Assembly (NCBI GenBank): GCA_000004985.1
Contig: GG738857.1
Direction: 5' to 3' (one strand)
Length of the DNA: 64,000 bases
Source: Naegleria gruberi
Lineage: Eukaryota
Positions within the stretch are counted from its first letter, which is position 1, and each line of letters begins with the position of its first letter. Below the pieces are notes generated by a model. The model ran no database searches. It worked only from the letters and a program-made list of their open reading frames with translations, and was not told where the DNA came from. Shown piece after piece: positions 23,153 to 36,257 of the stretch. Made by a program: the position numbers and the translations under genes.

Positions 23153-25120
23153 ATGGTTACACTGTTACCCACACATTCTAATAATATTTCATCCACTAGT
23201 AGTAGTAGTATTGGTATTGGCAGTGGATCATCTTCCACTTTTACCAATAGAACATTTTCTAAATTATATTTCAATATTAGAAAATTAACATTTAAACAAC
23301 AATTTATTATTATCATTTCATTATTATTGGTATTTTACTTGATTTATACTTTATTATTTGTTGGTTCAATGTCATCATCTACTGCTATTATTGATGGTCA
23401 ACAACAACAACAACAACAATTAAAATCAGATCCAAATATTGAAAGTTTATTAATTAAACAACCAGTCATTACCACTCCACAAACACCAGACATTGTACAA
23501 TTTAAGAAACAACAAGAACAACAACAAGAATTAAAACCACTCACAAATAATAATAATAATAATTTAAAGAAGAATGATAAACAACAACAACAACAACGAG
23601 AACAACAACAACAACAAATTGAAAAGAAACAAAATAATGAACATTTGAATGAAAAGAAGAATAAGAAAAAGAAGAAAAAGGTTCCAAAGGAATATAATCC
23701 ATTTGATTATCCTGATGATGATTTTACACATAATCCACTTCATCATGCAAAGGAGAATGATAAATCTTCAACAACACAATCTACTATTACTACCACTACT
23801 CCATCAAATACTAAATCTACAACAACACAACCAACTACTACTGCCACAAATAACAAACAAAGTAAACAAACAACTACAACAACAACAACAACTGAAGGTG
23901 GTAATGATAGTAAGTTAGCAACAACAACTACAACAACAACTGCAGATAAGAATAAGAAGGAAGAAATATTGAAACAACAACCAATTGATTTTGATGAATT
24001 GGATGAATTAGATGATAAGAAGAGTAATGTACAAGATACTAATAGTATAGTTGGTGCACCAGATAAAAAAGAAGAGAAAACACAAGTACAACAACACAAA
24101 GATATTACTGATGATGATACCTATCATGATGATAATTTAAATCACGATGAAGAATTGTTCAATGAAAAGAAAAAGAAAGTTGAAAAATTATTAAACAAGG
24201 AAATTAAACAAGATAATGATAAGAATACTCCGACTACTCCTGCTACTCCTAAAACTGCAGAAGTCAATAATAAGCTAGAGAAAGATTCAACTCTTCAAAA
24301 TACTAAAACTAATTCAGCATCCGAAAAGAATTCAAAGAAATCTGAAAAGAATGAAGATAATGTTATTGTAAAGAAATCTGAAAAGATTGAAGAAAAGAAA
24401 ATTGATCCAATGATTGATGATGATGACGATGTTATTATTGTAAAGAATTATCAACAAATTGAAGATGAGAAACCATCCAATACTGGAGAAACTAAACCTC
24501 TCATTACTGAAAAGAAAGATAATCAAGAACCTGTGAAAAAGAAGGAAAACGAAATTGCTGAAAAGAAGGACAAGACAAAAGAAGACAAGAATGAAAAGAA
24601 AAATATTGAAACCAATGAAAAGAAACCAGATATTACCGATAACAAGTCTTTAAATAAGAAGGATGAAAAGAAGGATTCAATTATTGTTGAAAACAAATCA
24701 AATGATAAGAAGAAACCAGAAGAAAAACCAGCAACCGAAGTCAAGAAGATTGAAAAGAAACCAGAAGAAAAGGAAGATAAATCAATTAATAATCAAAAGA
24801 CCACCACAACTGCCAATGCAGATAAAAAGCAAGAGGCCTTGGTTGACAACAAATCCTCTAATACCAAGTCAAATGAAAAGAAAGATACTGCTACAGCTCC
24901 AAAGGATTTAACTGATAAGAAAGTTAAGGAAGCACCAAAACAATCAAAGAAGAATTCCAAGAAGGATTTGAGATCACCTAGAAAACCAATTGATACCAAG
25001 AAACAAAAAGCAATTGATGACCAAACTAAAGTAATAACAAAGAAATTAGAAGATGGTGTAAAGAAATTGAAAGAATCAAGAGTTTTGGATGAATTTCTCG
25101 AGGATGAAGAACCTTTATAA
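23153..25120 (+). CDS. Hypothetical type-II membrane protein with a K/E/T-rich low-complexity ectodomain (655 aa)
   Basis: ATG at 23153. One hydrophobic segment (FIIIISLLLVFYLIYTLLFVG) is followed by a long charged repetitive region (KKxEEK repeats). Confidence 0.55.
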   Translation: MVTLLPTHSNNISSTSSSSIGIGSGSSSTFTNRTFSKLYFNIRKLTFKQQFIIIISLLLVFYLIYTLLFVGSMSSSTAIIDGQQQQQQQLKSDPNIESLLIKQPVITTPQTPDIVQFKKQQEQQQELKPLTNNNNNNLKKNDKQQQQQREQQQQQIEKKQNNEHLNEKKNKKKKKKVPKEYNPFDYPDDDFTHNPLHHAKENDKSSTTQSTITTTTPSNTKSTTTQPTTTATNNKQSKQTTTTTTTTEGGNDSKLATTTTTTTADKNKKEEILKQQPIDFDELDELDDKKSNVQDTNSIVGAPDKKEEKTQVQQHKDITDDDTYHDDNLNHDEELFNEKKKKVEKLLNKEIKQDNDKNTPTTPATPKTAEVNNKLEKDSTLQNTKTNSASEKNSKKSEKNEDNVIVKKSEKIEEKKIDPMIDDDDDVIIVKNYQQIEDEKPSNTGETKPLITEKKDNQEPVKKKENEIAEKKDKTKEDKNEKKNIETNEKKPDITDNKSLNKKDEKKDSIIVENKSNDKKKPEEKPATEVKKIEKKPEEKEDKSINNQKTTTTANADKKQEALVDNKSSNTKSNEKKDTATAPKDLTDKKVKEAPKQSKKNSKKDLRSPRKPIDTKKQKAIDDQTKVITKKLEDGVKKLKESRVLDEFLEDEEPL

Positions 25121-25126
25121 ATATAA

Positions 25127-26645
25127 TTATTGAGTATTATTATTATTTCTAGTTTGTCTAATTATCGTTTTAAGTTCAGACACTAATTGTTTGAGATCTT
25201 TAATTTCTTGCGTCTGAGCTAATTGTTTCTTCCACATTAAAACAACTAAATCTTCCAAAGTTGCATTCCCAGAATTATTTCTCATAAATTCTGATGGATT
25301 TTCTGCTAAATCATTAACATTTGTAATTTCATTTGTTGAAGAAAATAATTCTAATTGATCTGCAAGTTCTACATCTTGAATTTTCTTTTCAATTTGAGAT
25401 TTTAATATTGAAGCATCTTGTGTTATAATATCAACAACATCTTCTTGTGTATCTTTTGAAATATTAGTATTAGTATTGGTATTGGTATTTGTTAAATTAT
25501 TATTTGAGGAAGGAGATGGATGGGAAGGATATTCAGGAAAATTCGTAATGACTGGTGAATGAGTTTCTGATAGAAAATCTAAAGGAGAAGAAGGAGGTAA
25601 AAAAGGTGAGAGAACATTTCCACTTGATAATATACTTGTGGAAATAGTATTATTATTACTACCTGTAGCTGTTGATGAAGATGTACTTGTCGATGATGAT
25701 GATGATTGATTGGTAATACTATTACTTAATTTCCCTTCATTTGAAAATGCAGAAAGAGAAGATTGTAATCCTGTCGGTGTTGAATTACTAGGTTTTGAAA
25801 GAATTGGAGGTGGAATAGTTGGTGGATAATTTAAATGTAACATTGAGGATGGATCATGATTTTTAAACCCATGATTCATTGGGAAGAAGGTTGGTTGAAA
25901 TGGAATCATCATGACATTACTTTGGGTTGGTGGTTGTGATTTAATGGAATTGGTAGAGGATGAAGATGGAGCATTAATTGGAATAGTTGGAACAGTTGCA
26001 GTAGTTAGCATTGGTATCATTAACATTTGATTTCCTATTAATGCTGTATTTGGTGGTGTCATTAAATTATTTTCCATTGGATTGTAGAATGGAAATTGTG
26101 GATTTGATGGTTGAGTTTCATTTGGTTTTTGTTTCTTTCTCTTTTCTTCATTAGAAGAATCATTCTTTGATTTCTTTCTAACTGCATCAACACATTTATC
26201 TCCCATACCTAGTGATACACATCGTTTACATGGTCTTTCGGAATCACAAGCTGCATGAGATTGTTTACCTAATTAATTAATATTTAATTGATAATATTGA
26301 AGTGAATTATGGATATTATTTGGTGGTTTGACAATTCAAAGAATATGATGGTTAAATGCCTTTTTTAAAATACTACTACTTACAATTTACACATGCTCTT
26401 TTTACATACTTTTTCCTAGTTTTAGTTTTTGATGGTGATTTTGAAGGTGATGAAGTTTTACTATCGGATCGTATTGATGAAATGTCACTGTTAGAAGTTT
26501 GTGGTGATTCAGTGATTGGAGAAGATGAAGAAGATGAAGAGGAGGATGGTGTTTTATTGTTAGTTAATGGTGATGAAGAATCTAACAGAGGAGGTGGAGA
26601 TTCTGTGAATATTAATTCACCATCACAAGTTGATGAAGGCAACAT
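25127..26645 (-). CDS. Zn(II)2Cys6 binuclear-cluster (fungal-type) transcription factor, 2 exons: join(25127..26268,26384..26645); intron 115 nt
   Basis: Splicing a GTAAGT donor at 26383 to a TAG acceptor at 26269 assembles ACVNC|KQSHAACDSERPCKRCVSLGMGDKC, i.e. CX2CX6CX5CX2CX8C, from the two track ORFs. The true start is the ATG at 26645 (MLPSSTCDG...), not the TTG at 26663. Confidence 0.75.
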
Positions 26646-27113
26646 TTTTTTAATTCTTCTCAAAATTCTTGATGCTTTTAATCCACAACAGACAAAGGCT
26701 TGTTCTTTCTGGTGGTTATCAAAGCTTGGTGGAGAGGTTATTGTTAGAGGAGATCAAGAAGAAATGATATTATTGAAGATTGGTTGGCTTCCGAGACTAG
26801 GAACTTGATGATGGTGTATATAGGAGGCTACAATCACACCATCGTTTTGAAGTTTTTTATTTTGATTGAGAAATTTTCCTTTGGCGCATTCCTTAGCATT
26901 TCATGCTCTCATGTTATTATATTTGGATGAAATTTTAAAGGTGGTCAACACTAATTGCTTAACAAATCAATTATTCTTGCTTCCAAAACTCCTTAGCAAA
27001 TAGCTTGTATGCATCAATGTTTCCACATACATCATAAGGCTTGTTGTTGTATGAAATATTAATACAAGCAGGAAAGAAGAAATATTTTTAGAATTTAAAA
27101 CACAATCAAAAAA

Positions 27114-28332
27114 ATGAGTCATACATCTTACCTGAAGCAATTTGCATCAAATCATGCTTCTGTAGCCTCCTTGATCGAGGATATTAGACTTGACCATGAA
27201 AATAAGTATGTAAATTAGATGAAAATGTTTAATTAGAATAACATGATTAATAATAACCTTGTACGGAAATTAAATTAGGATGTGGCACAATATTTCTGAG
27301 AAATTAATGCAATTAGTTAAGAGTGATCTTTCCGGATCTGACTTGTTAGATTTTTATACAAACTTTATTTCATCATTCGAATTAAAGATTAATCACTTAA
27401 AATTAGGAAAAATAGTTGTAGAAATATCAAAGAGACTTCCTCTCAACAGCTCTGAAGGTTATCCTTTTGTTGAAAAAGTTTTTAATGCTCTCTCCAAGCA
27501 AGATAGAGAGGCTTCTTGTATTTTAAAAATTGAAATGGCAATGTGGAAGTTGAAGGAATCTGATCTTACTGCTTGTAAAAGATTGTTGGGTGAAGCTAAG
27601 GAAACTATCTCTACTTTAGGATTTGTTGATAATGTTGTAAATGCTGCTTACTATAAGACATATTCTAATTATTTGAAGCATATTGATGATCCAAATGAAT
27701 TCTATAAGAATGAACTTCTCTATCTTGCATATACACCAATTGAAGAAATACCTTTCATTGAACAACAATCTATTGCTTTTGATTTGGGTATTGCTTCACT
27801 TCTCGGTGATTCAATTTACAACTTTGGAGAATTTTTACAACATCCAGTTGTTGAATCATTAAATGGTTCCAAGGCTGAATGGCTCTACAAGTTCTTGATG
27901 GCCTTCAACAAGGGTGACATTAGAGGATATGAACAATTATTGGTTCATTTCGCTAGTGAAATTGAATCTAGACCTGCATTGAACGAAAAGAGAGATTTCT
28001 TGTATGAAAAGGTTCAATTGATGTGCTTGATGGAATTAGTTTTCAGTAAGCCAGCCGATGATAGAAATATTTCCTTCGAAGAAGTTTCAGCAATTACTGG
28101 AAAGTCATTGGATGAAGTTGAACCACTTCTCTTGAAGGCTTTGGCTTATAATTTGATTCGTGGTGTTATTGATGGTGTTAAGAATTCTATTCACGTCAGT
28201 TGGGCTCAACCAAGAGTTCTTGATAGAGAGCAAATTTCAGTCTTGAGTAACAAATTGAGCGTTTGGTTAGGTAAGGTTGATGAAACCTTGTCTTTCTTGG
28301 AAAAGCACGGTTCTGAAGAAATTGTCAAATAA
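27114..28332 (+). CDS. psmD13: 26S proteasome non-ATPase regulatory subunit 13 (Rpn9/PSMD13, PCI domain), 2 exons: join(27114..27205,27279..28332); intron 73 nt
   Basis: Alignment with human PSMD13: LYKFLMAFNKGDIRGYEQL..LCLMELVFSKPADDRNISFEEV..EVEPLLLKALAYNLIRGVIDGVKNSIHVSWAQPRVLD versus [78 protein letters not shown]. An upstream 92-nt exon (MSHTSYLKQFASNHASVASLIEDIRLDHENK) is joined by GTATGT...TAG. Confidence 0.85.
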
Positions 28333-28355
28333 ATTGTAAACATATAATTAATTTA

Positions 28356-31325
28356 TTACTCAATTGTGTGACCTGATTCCATCATTCTGAAAGAGCTTGA
28401 AATTGATAACAAATTGAATGAAGTCTCAACATGAATATCAAAGCAATCCAATTGGGTGAATGATTTCTCTGCAGCTGAGGCAATAAGAGTATTCTTAAGA
28501 ATTTGATATTGTTCACTTGAGGATGAAAAGTTTGATAACTTTGTCAAGTGCTTGTTAATCTTTTGATAAATTGATTTAGTTCTAGATGTTTCAAAACTTT
28601 GTAAAGCTCTTCTAATAAATGAAATATCAATATCTAATTGGAAAGCAGCATTTTCACAAACATCTTCAATAGTCTTGGAAAAATGAAGGAAAGTTTCACC
28701 AAGTCTCTCAGTCAATAAGGAGAATATCCTACTTGTGAATGCACGATTAACACTCAAATTTTGATTGGTAAAGTTATTATTCTGTGCGTTTCCATTAGTT
28801 GATAAATTAACATTATTAAAAGTAACACTAGTCATCTTTTCAGTCTTTGAATGAACCATTGATAATTCCAATAATAAATCTAAAATATAAGATCTAATAG
28901 ATGAAGGTGCAGGTGATGATTTCCAATCATATCCACTTAATAATAGACCCTTCTCAATACGTTTGTAAAATGTTAGAGATTTCCTTTTAACAAAATCATT
29001 AATCAATAAATCAATTAATGTATCATAGACAACATAAACATGTTGAACTGATTCTGTTTTCATAAAATCATTAGTTTGATTTTGTAAATGTTTGCTTGTC
29101 ATGTGAAAACTCAATTCCATTTGAGCAATTGCTTTCTGTGCACCAGTTGCGACAGTTTTCATATTATTTGATTCTTCATTATCTGATTTATCCGAATATT
29201 CATCCTCATCATCATCAATGAATGTATTTTGATCATCATCAAGTAGATCATTCTTTCCATCTTGAAGTGTAGTCTGATCATTAGAATGACTTTTAAAACC
29301 AGCCACAAATGCAGACAATATATTAAATACAATTACATTCTTAGTGTGTGAACAATTGGAGAGAGTTAATAAGAGACGACTATCCTTCTCTTCAATCTTA
29401 TTAAAATTATAAAGTGAAAATCTATATTTTCCACTATTATTAGAATTAGCACTATTCATTATTGAATTATTATTGGATGATAATTGTCTAAATGATAATT
29501 CATGGAAACAATCAGCAAATACTTGAATACATTCTAATAAATATTTTTCAACTTCTGAAACTAATTCACTATTATGAATTGAACCCTTTGACATGAATGG
29601 TCGAAGTAAACTCAAAGTTTTAATGACAAATTCTTGAAATTTTAAAGGTAATTCAGTGATGGTTAAAGTTTCAGAAATTGTTTTCCAATTTTCTAATTTA
29701 TGAAATCTTGAAATTTCCATAATAGTTCTATTCCAAATTTCATTTACAATATATCTTGTCATTAAATTTGTATATTCACCAAAATTGGAAATAAACTTTT
29801 TTGGTATTTTTAATTTTTCCAATTGTTCATTACATTTAATAATTTCACAAATACATTGACAAAGAGATTTTTGATGTGCAGTATTATTATCAATAGTTTC
29901 AATAGCAGTATTTACAATATCTGAATATTTAACTGTTAAATCTTTCATTAAATTTGAAATTTGAATTTCCAAATTTGAATCTAAATTCTTCTTCTTATTT
30001 TTCTTTTTTTTATATTTTCCAATTATAATATTTTGTGAAAGTTGCCAAAAATCTGGAATTGTTTTTAGTAAAACATTTGTTAAATCTGAAACTAATTCAA
30101 CAGTTTTCTTTTCTAATAATTGTCTAAAAAAGGAAGTATTACTATAATTAGTATCTTCATGATTAAATAATTCTTCTTGTTCAATTAATTCTGAAATATC
30201 TTTTGTATTTTTTTCATAATTATTTAAACATTTTTGTAATAAATCTTTAATAAATTGATGCATTTTTTCTAAATAATGCCAACCAGGATCAATTTTACAA
30301 TCTAAATTATTTAAATATCCAATTATACGTTCTTGATTTTCTGTTAATAATTTAATATTTCCATTTTTAGTAGTATTTATAGATTTTGTAAAATGATTTA
30401 ACATATTTTCAACATCTGAATTTGAAAAACTTAATTTTTTCAATAAAGTTTCAATTAATTGTGCAATATCTTGTTCTATTGTTGTAAAAACACTTTCGAA
30501 TAATTGAAAATGTCCAAATTTTTGTTTAAAATATTTGTAACGTGAAAAATCATGAACAATTTTCTTATATTCTTCTTTTTTAATATTTTCTTTAATATAA
30601 CTTGGTAAATATAATACAAATTTAGTTTTTTTAAATAATGTTAATACTTGAATCATTTCCTCACATTCTATTTTTGTTAATATTAAATATTATTGTAAAG
30701 TATTTAAAAGTATTTAAAAATATTTAAAAATATTTAAAAACAATAAATATTATTAATCAAAAATATATATAAAATGAAACATACCCTCTTTTCTCTGAAT
30801 TAAAGGATCAAATAATTTTTCAGCATCTTGAATTGAATTTTCCAAGGCTTGATCCAATCTCTCAACACTTCCATCTCTAAATTTAGCATCCTTATTAGAA
30901 CACAACAGATCAACAATATTTTTTGCTTCTGCAAATTTATGAATATTCCGTTCACTGAGTAAAATCATTTTCATATTCAAATCTTCCATTGTAGTTTGTA
31001 AATTCTTTTTGGCGCGATTAAATTCTTGATATTTGATTGGATGATGTTTTGTAGCTAAAAATAAATGAGGATTAAATTTATCAGATTCAATATCAACATT
31101 TCCATTTTGAGATAAAGAGGCTGTAATATTATATTTTTGTACTTCCTTCTCGGGATATGTTTGTACTAATTTTAATGGATCATCATCTGATTGATCGGAG
31201 ACTGATGTTTTTTTAGCTGCTTTTTGAAGAGATAATTTATAATATTTTTGATTAATTTCTTCACATTCATCCCAAGTTGTTGGTGCTCGTAAGACGATAC
31301 CACTTCCGTAGACATCACTGGTCAT
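28356..31325 (-). CDS. exoc2: Exocyst complex component Sec5/EXOC2, 2 exons: join(28356..30667,30785..31325); intron 117 nt
   Basis: IQVLTLFKKTKFVLYLPSYIKENIKKEEYKKIVHDFSRYKYFK aligns with the human EXOC2 region [41 protein letters not shown]. The upstream exon (FNPHLFLATKHHPIKYQEFNRAKKNLQ) aligns with [36 protein letters not shown] donor and TAG acceptor keep the frame. Confidence 0.75.
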
Positions 31326-31468
31326 ATTTTTTTTTAAAGAATTTTTTAATAGATGACAGTTGACATTTTTTGGAAAATTTAAAATTATTTTTTTTTAATT
31401 GATTGTTTTTTAGGAAGTAGATCAAAATTGAATTTATTTTGTAATGTAATATTAGTTTACATTACATT

Positions 31469-32146
31469 TTAATTAAATAAATCTGAAAGTGGTAATGAAG
31501 TTCTTTTTGGAGCTTTTTGATTTGTTGTTTGTAAATTTGTTGGCATTTCACAAACTTTAATTGTAATTCTTTCTGATTGACTTGATTGACTGTTTAAACT
31601 TTGATTTGAACTTGAATTCGAATAACTATTCGAATGTGTTGATCTTTCATCTGTTGGTTGACTAGATGTTGAATTCATTTTCTGCTGTTTCTTTAAAGTG
31701 AATTCGAATGTGTTTTGTTTCATTGATTCGTATGGAATCTTTTGTATTCTTCCTCTTCTTCTAAAAAGGAAAGTTTGTGCATAGTTTCGTACTTCATCTT
31801 GTTGATTCAAATTATTATTGGAAGCGAACACATATTGTGGTGATGTTGTGTTATTCGAATTTACACTAATTGAACTTGTGGTTGTGGACATTTTAGTTTG
31901 CTTTCGAATACCTTTACATGTTGGTGAAGAGCTTAAATTGTTCATTAAATTAGACTGTTTAATAGATGAATTAGTAGTAGACATGTTAGGTGAGGATGAA
32001 ACATTCATAGTACATGTTGATTTTTCTTTCTTATTTGTGGTTGACATGAATGTTGGTGAAGATGTGATGATTGTGGAATAATGTTGTTGATTCTTTGAAC
32101 TAATTGAATTGTTTTGATAGTAATAATAATTGTTAACCATGGTCAT
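31469..32146 (-). CDS. Hypothetical S/T/N-rich protein (225 aa)
   Basis: ORF with ATG start. It ends 140 nt upstream of the Sec5 ATG on the same strand, and no intron can join the two. Confidence 0.4.
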   Translation of the reverse strand: MTMVNNYYYYQNNSISSKNQQHYSTIITSSPTFMSTTNKKEKSTCTMNVSSSPNMSTTNSSIKQSNLMNNLSSSPTCKGIRKQTKMSTTTSSISVNSNNTTSPQYVFASNNNLNQQDEVRNYAQTFLFRRRGRIQKIPYESMKQNTFEFTLKKQQKMNSTSSQPTDERSTHSNSYSNSSSNQSLNSQSSQSERITIKVCEMPTNLQTTNQKAPKRTSLPLSDLFN

Positions 32147-33009
32147 TTCTTAGAAAAAGGATAGTGGTGGTAGAAGTTATTAGAAAGTGTTGAGAGTGTT
32201 GATTCTTTTTTTAATGTATTCGAAACGTTTAAATGAGATGATGAACATTATAGACTGAAAATATGAAGGCTTGAGAATATGAAACAGTTGATGTATTCAA
32301 TTATTCAAATAAGAACGTTCTCCTCCAAAGCGATCGAACATTTTCCATTCATTTCCATTTAAAATATTTAAATTCTTCACATTAGCCTTAAATTTTGTAT
32401 ATTTTGTAGAGGAATTCAAGCACCGTTGCTTTTCAAGTAAAATTAAACGAAATACAAACTTGTCAATTTAGTAAAAAGGAAAATTCGGATTGGGGTTTTT
32501 AGTGGTGGACTTTTGGCTGTTGTGTCAATGTCATGTGAGAATTCTTCTAAAACTAGATGAATTAATCTAATATCAACTCGTTTAATATGAATACTGAAAT
32601 AGATTTTATGATGTTGATGTTTTGGCATTCATTTGTAAATTACCATTAATATTGGATTGGGAATTATTTGGAGTTTGCTTTAAATGATTGGTGAAGAGAA
32701 GTTTTTGTAAATATTTCATATGATGTTCTTAAAAGTTATATTGAAATAATAATTTATACTTTGTATTTCATTGTTAGTTCATTCATTTGAAGTAAACGTG
32801 TTGTATTATTTCAAAATGTTTAGAAACCATGTTGTTGAAAAGGGTATACTAATAGTCATAATGTTAATAACTTTGACAAGAGAGTTCTTTCTAATTGTGT
32901 AGAGATGGATGCTGTGCTATGGACCAAATTAATAACATATTAATTGCACGATATAATGAGAATCTATAGTAATAATTAGTCCCATAAATGGAAGGAACCA
33001 CAAACACTG

Positions 33010-34035
33010 TTATTGATTCGAATGGTTTCTAAAATAAAAATCAATGTAATGCATTCGTAAATCTGTGGTGGGATGTTTCTTCTTGAATTGCTTGGCAAAT
33101 GATATTGCTTCACTCTCTGAATAATAGCAACAATAAAGTTCCAAATATTCTAAATTTTTGAGGTATGGACAATTGAGAATGCAATCTAACCCATTACCTT
33201 TCAATCCATTTCCACTCAGTTTTAATTGTTTCAAATTTCGAATATTTGTATTGGACATTGGCTTGGTCAAATCACTAATGACATTTTCACACATATCCAA
33301 ATCAGTAATATTTGAAAAGTGTGTGGAATTAACCATTGAATCAAAACCATTACTCCAAATAAAGTTACGTTTAAGATATAGAGTATCAAGTTTACAATAT
33401 TTCGAGTTCAATACTTGTTCTATTCCTATTTTAATAGTATTTAAAGAAGCATCTAAATATCTTAATTTTGTTAAATATTGACTATCTAAATAAGAAATAT
33501 TTCCAATATAATTATGTGAAATTGTTAACTCTTGCAAATTAGACATGTATTCACTCTTTCCTAATTGTTCCACAAACTCTGATTGTAAATAATTCCATCC
33601 CAATTTTAATACTTGCAAATAACTCATCAATTCACTCTTTACAATAATAATTGCTCCTCTATTTCCAATTTTCTGTCCATTCAAATTCAAACATGTAATA
33701 AATTTAAAACTCTGACATTTAACCAATAATTTACATCCTCTTCTTCTAATTGGTTTTTCATAATTATGCACATCTAATAAACTAATATTTAAATGTTGAT
33801 CTTTAAATAATAAATCACTTTTACCCCAAGTTTTTAGAAAATCAATTTTCAATGCATGTAAAGAAACTGCTTTATAAAAGCCTTTGGAAATTAATCGACA
33901 ATTTTGAACAATACTTCGATCGGGAAGAAATTGTAATATTATCATACAAATATCAAAATACCAATGATGATGATTATTTGATGATGAGGATTTCCTTTCG
34001 GAGGATGTTTCAGTAACTAATTGACTATTCATCAT
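33010..34035 (-). CDS. F-box/LRR-repeat protein
   Basis: N-terminal F-box (WYFDICMIILQFLPDRSIVQNCRLISKGFYKAV) followed by RNI-type leucine-rich repeats (LNLNGQKIGNRGAIII...LKLSGNGLKGNGL). Confidence 0.7.
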   Translation of the reverse strand: MMNSQLVTETSSERKSSSSNNHHHWYFDICMIILQFLPDRSIVQNCRLISKGFYKAVSLHALKIDFLKTWGKSDLLFKDQHLNISLLDVHNYEKPIRRRGCKLLVKCQSFKFITCLNLNGQKIGNRGAIIIVKSELMSYLQVLKLGWNYLQSEFVEQLGKSEYMSNLQELTISHNYIGNISYLDSQYLTKLRYLDASLNTIKIGIEQVLNSKYCKLDTLYLKRNFIWSNGFDSMVNSTHFSNITDLDMCENVISDLTKPMSNTNIRNLKQLKLSGNGLKGNGLDCILNCPYLKNLEYLELYCCYYSESEAISFAKQFKKKHPTTDLRMHYIDFYFRNHSNQ

Positions 34036-34311
34036 GTTGTGTATTTTATTTATTTTAATGAAAAATTAAAGTTAAAAATTAAATACTTTGCAATAATCAG
34101 AATAAGTATTTAAATCATTGAAATAATTGAAAAACAAATTGCATCTTATCATCCTTTATCATTCAACAATGGTTCAATTCCAAAGACTTCGCACCTCAAA
34201 TTGAATCCTTTGGAAACTACAAGTCAAAGTCGGACATGTCCTACGACGATTCTCTTCCAACATAATTAAAAACATGCAACAAGTATTATTATCTTAAACC
34301 AAAAATACAAA

Positions 34312-36156
34312 ATGCAACAACAACAACTCAACAGTTACTCATTCCTTGAAGAGGAAGAAGAAGAGGAGAGAATGCAATCCATGCCATCTCTACCAGTATC
34401 ATCTTCATCAGATATCATACTCACTTCGTCAACAATAATTGACAATGAAAATAGTGATGATAATGAAATGATTGATAATGATGATAGAAAGCAAGCAAAG
34501 ATTGGATGGAAAGATTGGATTCTTAATGGTTTTAAAGGTAAACAAGTACAGAATAATGAACAGCAACCAAAATTATATAAGATGAGATGGGTCATGCTGA
34601 TGATATTTACTCTTTCAATGTTTAGTTCAGTTTTGGCTCAATCAACATTTTCATCAGTTGGGTAAGTTGAGAATATTATCAATTCTTTTGAATTCTAATG
34701 CCATTCAATTACATTTATAAATGAAATGCATTCATTTTCATTGTATATTATTTAATAATAATATTTATTACAAAAAAATAGAACAATAATGATGAAATAT
34801 TATAATGTTCCAAATGAGAATTGGAAAATCAACATGATGGGTATGATATTTCTCATTGTATCCCTTCCTTCATCATGGACAGTTAGTTTTGTCATGAAGA
34901 AATATGGTTTAAGATCATGTGTATTAATATTTGGAATTTTGACATGCATTGGAATGTGGATTCGTTGTTTAGGTTATGGAAAGGGAAATGAAACTAATTT
35001 ATGGATTGCATTCATTGGACAGTTTTTAATTGCCTTTGCTCAACATTTTGTGAGTAGTGTTTCAAGTTTGTTGAGTGTGAATTGGTTTGGAGATCGAGAG
35101 AGAACTCTTGTTTTGGTTTCAACTTTATTGATGGGTGTTATTGGAGGTGGAGTTTCATTTGCTATTGGACCTACTTTGATTACAATGGGTAAATCTGAAA
35201 TGGATGGATCTGAAATGGGAATGTTAATTTATTTAATTGGTCAATCGGTGATTGCATCTATTTGTTTAGTGTTAATTGTATTGTTTGTTAAGGATAAACC
35301 ACCAACACCTCCAGTAATTATGAAGAAGAAGGAAAGTGAAGAAGAAATGAATCAAGAAAATTTAGAAATTGAAGAGAAATCAAACGAAACAAATGAAACA
35401 AATGAAATGCAAGAAGAATCAAATATTAACAATGATATTGAGAATGGTAATTCACCAACACATTCTAATAATGAAGAAGAAATACAAGAAGAATCCAATA
35501 AGAAAGATATTTATCCAAAACAAACATTTATTGAAGGAATGAAAAAGTTAGTGACCTCTCCACATTTCATCATGTTAACCGTTGCATCATCCTGTCTCAC
35601 TTCTGTATTACAAACTCTTCAAATTTTAGATCAAATCATAACTCCAAAAGGTTATTCCACATTTGATGGCGCCAATTTTAGCATGGTCAACTTGGTTTTT
35701 GTATTAATTGGTTGTTTCGCATTAAGTATATTATTTGACAAGACAAAAAAGTTTAAATTGATAACATGCATTAGTAGTTTCATGTCTGTCATTGGATTTG
35801 GAATGTTTGCAATTATCATGCAATGGGAAAAGTCAGATTTCACATTAATATTTATTTACCTTTCATTTATCATTATTGGATGTTCTGCAATTCCAAGTTT
35901 GCCTTTAATCTCTCAAATGGTAGTTTATTCAACTTATCCTATTCATCCAGCAACTAGTTTAGTAATTTCAAGCGTATTTGGAACTGTGTGGAGTGTTGTC
36001 TTTTTATTTGTAATTAATATTTTACAAAGTCAATTAAGAGAAAAGGCATCTAGTATTATTTTATGGATGGATTTGGTATTATTAATTGTTGGTTTCTTAA
36101 TGATTTTACTTTTTAGAGGAAATTTCAATAATATTTTGGTCAACCAGAAAAAATAA
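34312..36156 (+). CDS. Major-facilitator-superfamily transporter (FLVCR/MFSD7 heme/choline-transporter-like), 2 exons: join(34312..34661,34782..36156); intron 120 nt
   Basis: Twelve hydrophobic helices. The acidic N-terminal tail and first TM lie in exon 1. A GTAAGT donor and ATAG acceptor join ...STFSSVG|TIMMKYYNVPNENW in frame. Confidence 0.7.
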
Positions 36157-36184
36157 AAATATGGTTTCTGTAAGGAAAATTATC

Positions 36185-36257
36185 TGCTGACGGACGGGAT
36201 CGAACCGGCGACCAATGGCTTATTAGACCAACGCTCTACCGACTGAGCTACGCCAGC
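36185..36257 (-). tRNA. tRNA-Ile (anticodon AAT)
   Basis: Reverse complement GCTGGCGTAGCTCAGTCGGTAGAGCGTTGGTCTAATAAGCCATTGGTCGCCGGTTCGATCCCGTCCGTCAGC(A). Anticodon loop CTAATAA gives AAT. D-arm and T-loop (TTCGATC) are canonical. There is one mismatch in the anticodon stem (27:43 T-T) and one in the T-stem. Confidence 0.75.

Noticed and set aside
23079-24999. Multiple small ORFs on both strands overlapping gene 23153..25120
   Set aside because: Alternative-frame or antisense translations of AAG/GAA-rich repeats within a long coding ORF.
26356-26808. ORF 26356..26808(+)
   Set aside because: Antisense to exon 1 of the Zn2Cys6 transcription-factor gene, which has the conserved cysteine motif. 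Rejected.
31326-31468. Possibility that ORF 31469..32146 is an N-terminal exon of Sec5
   Set aside because: Its TAA lies upstream of any possible donor (no GT between the last codons and the stop), so it cannot be spliced onto the Sec5 ATG exon. Kept as a separate low-confidence gene.
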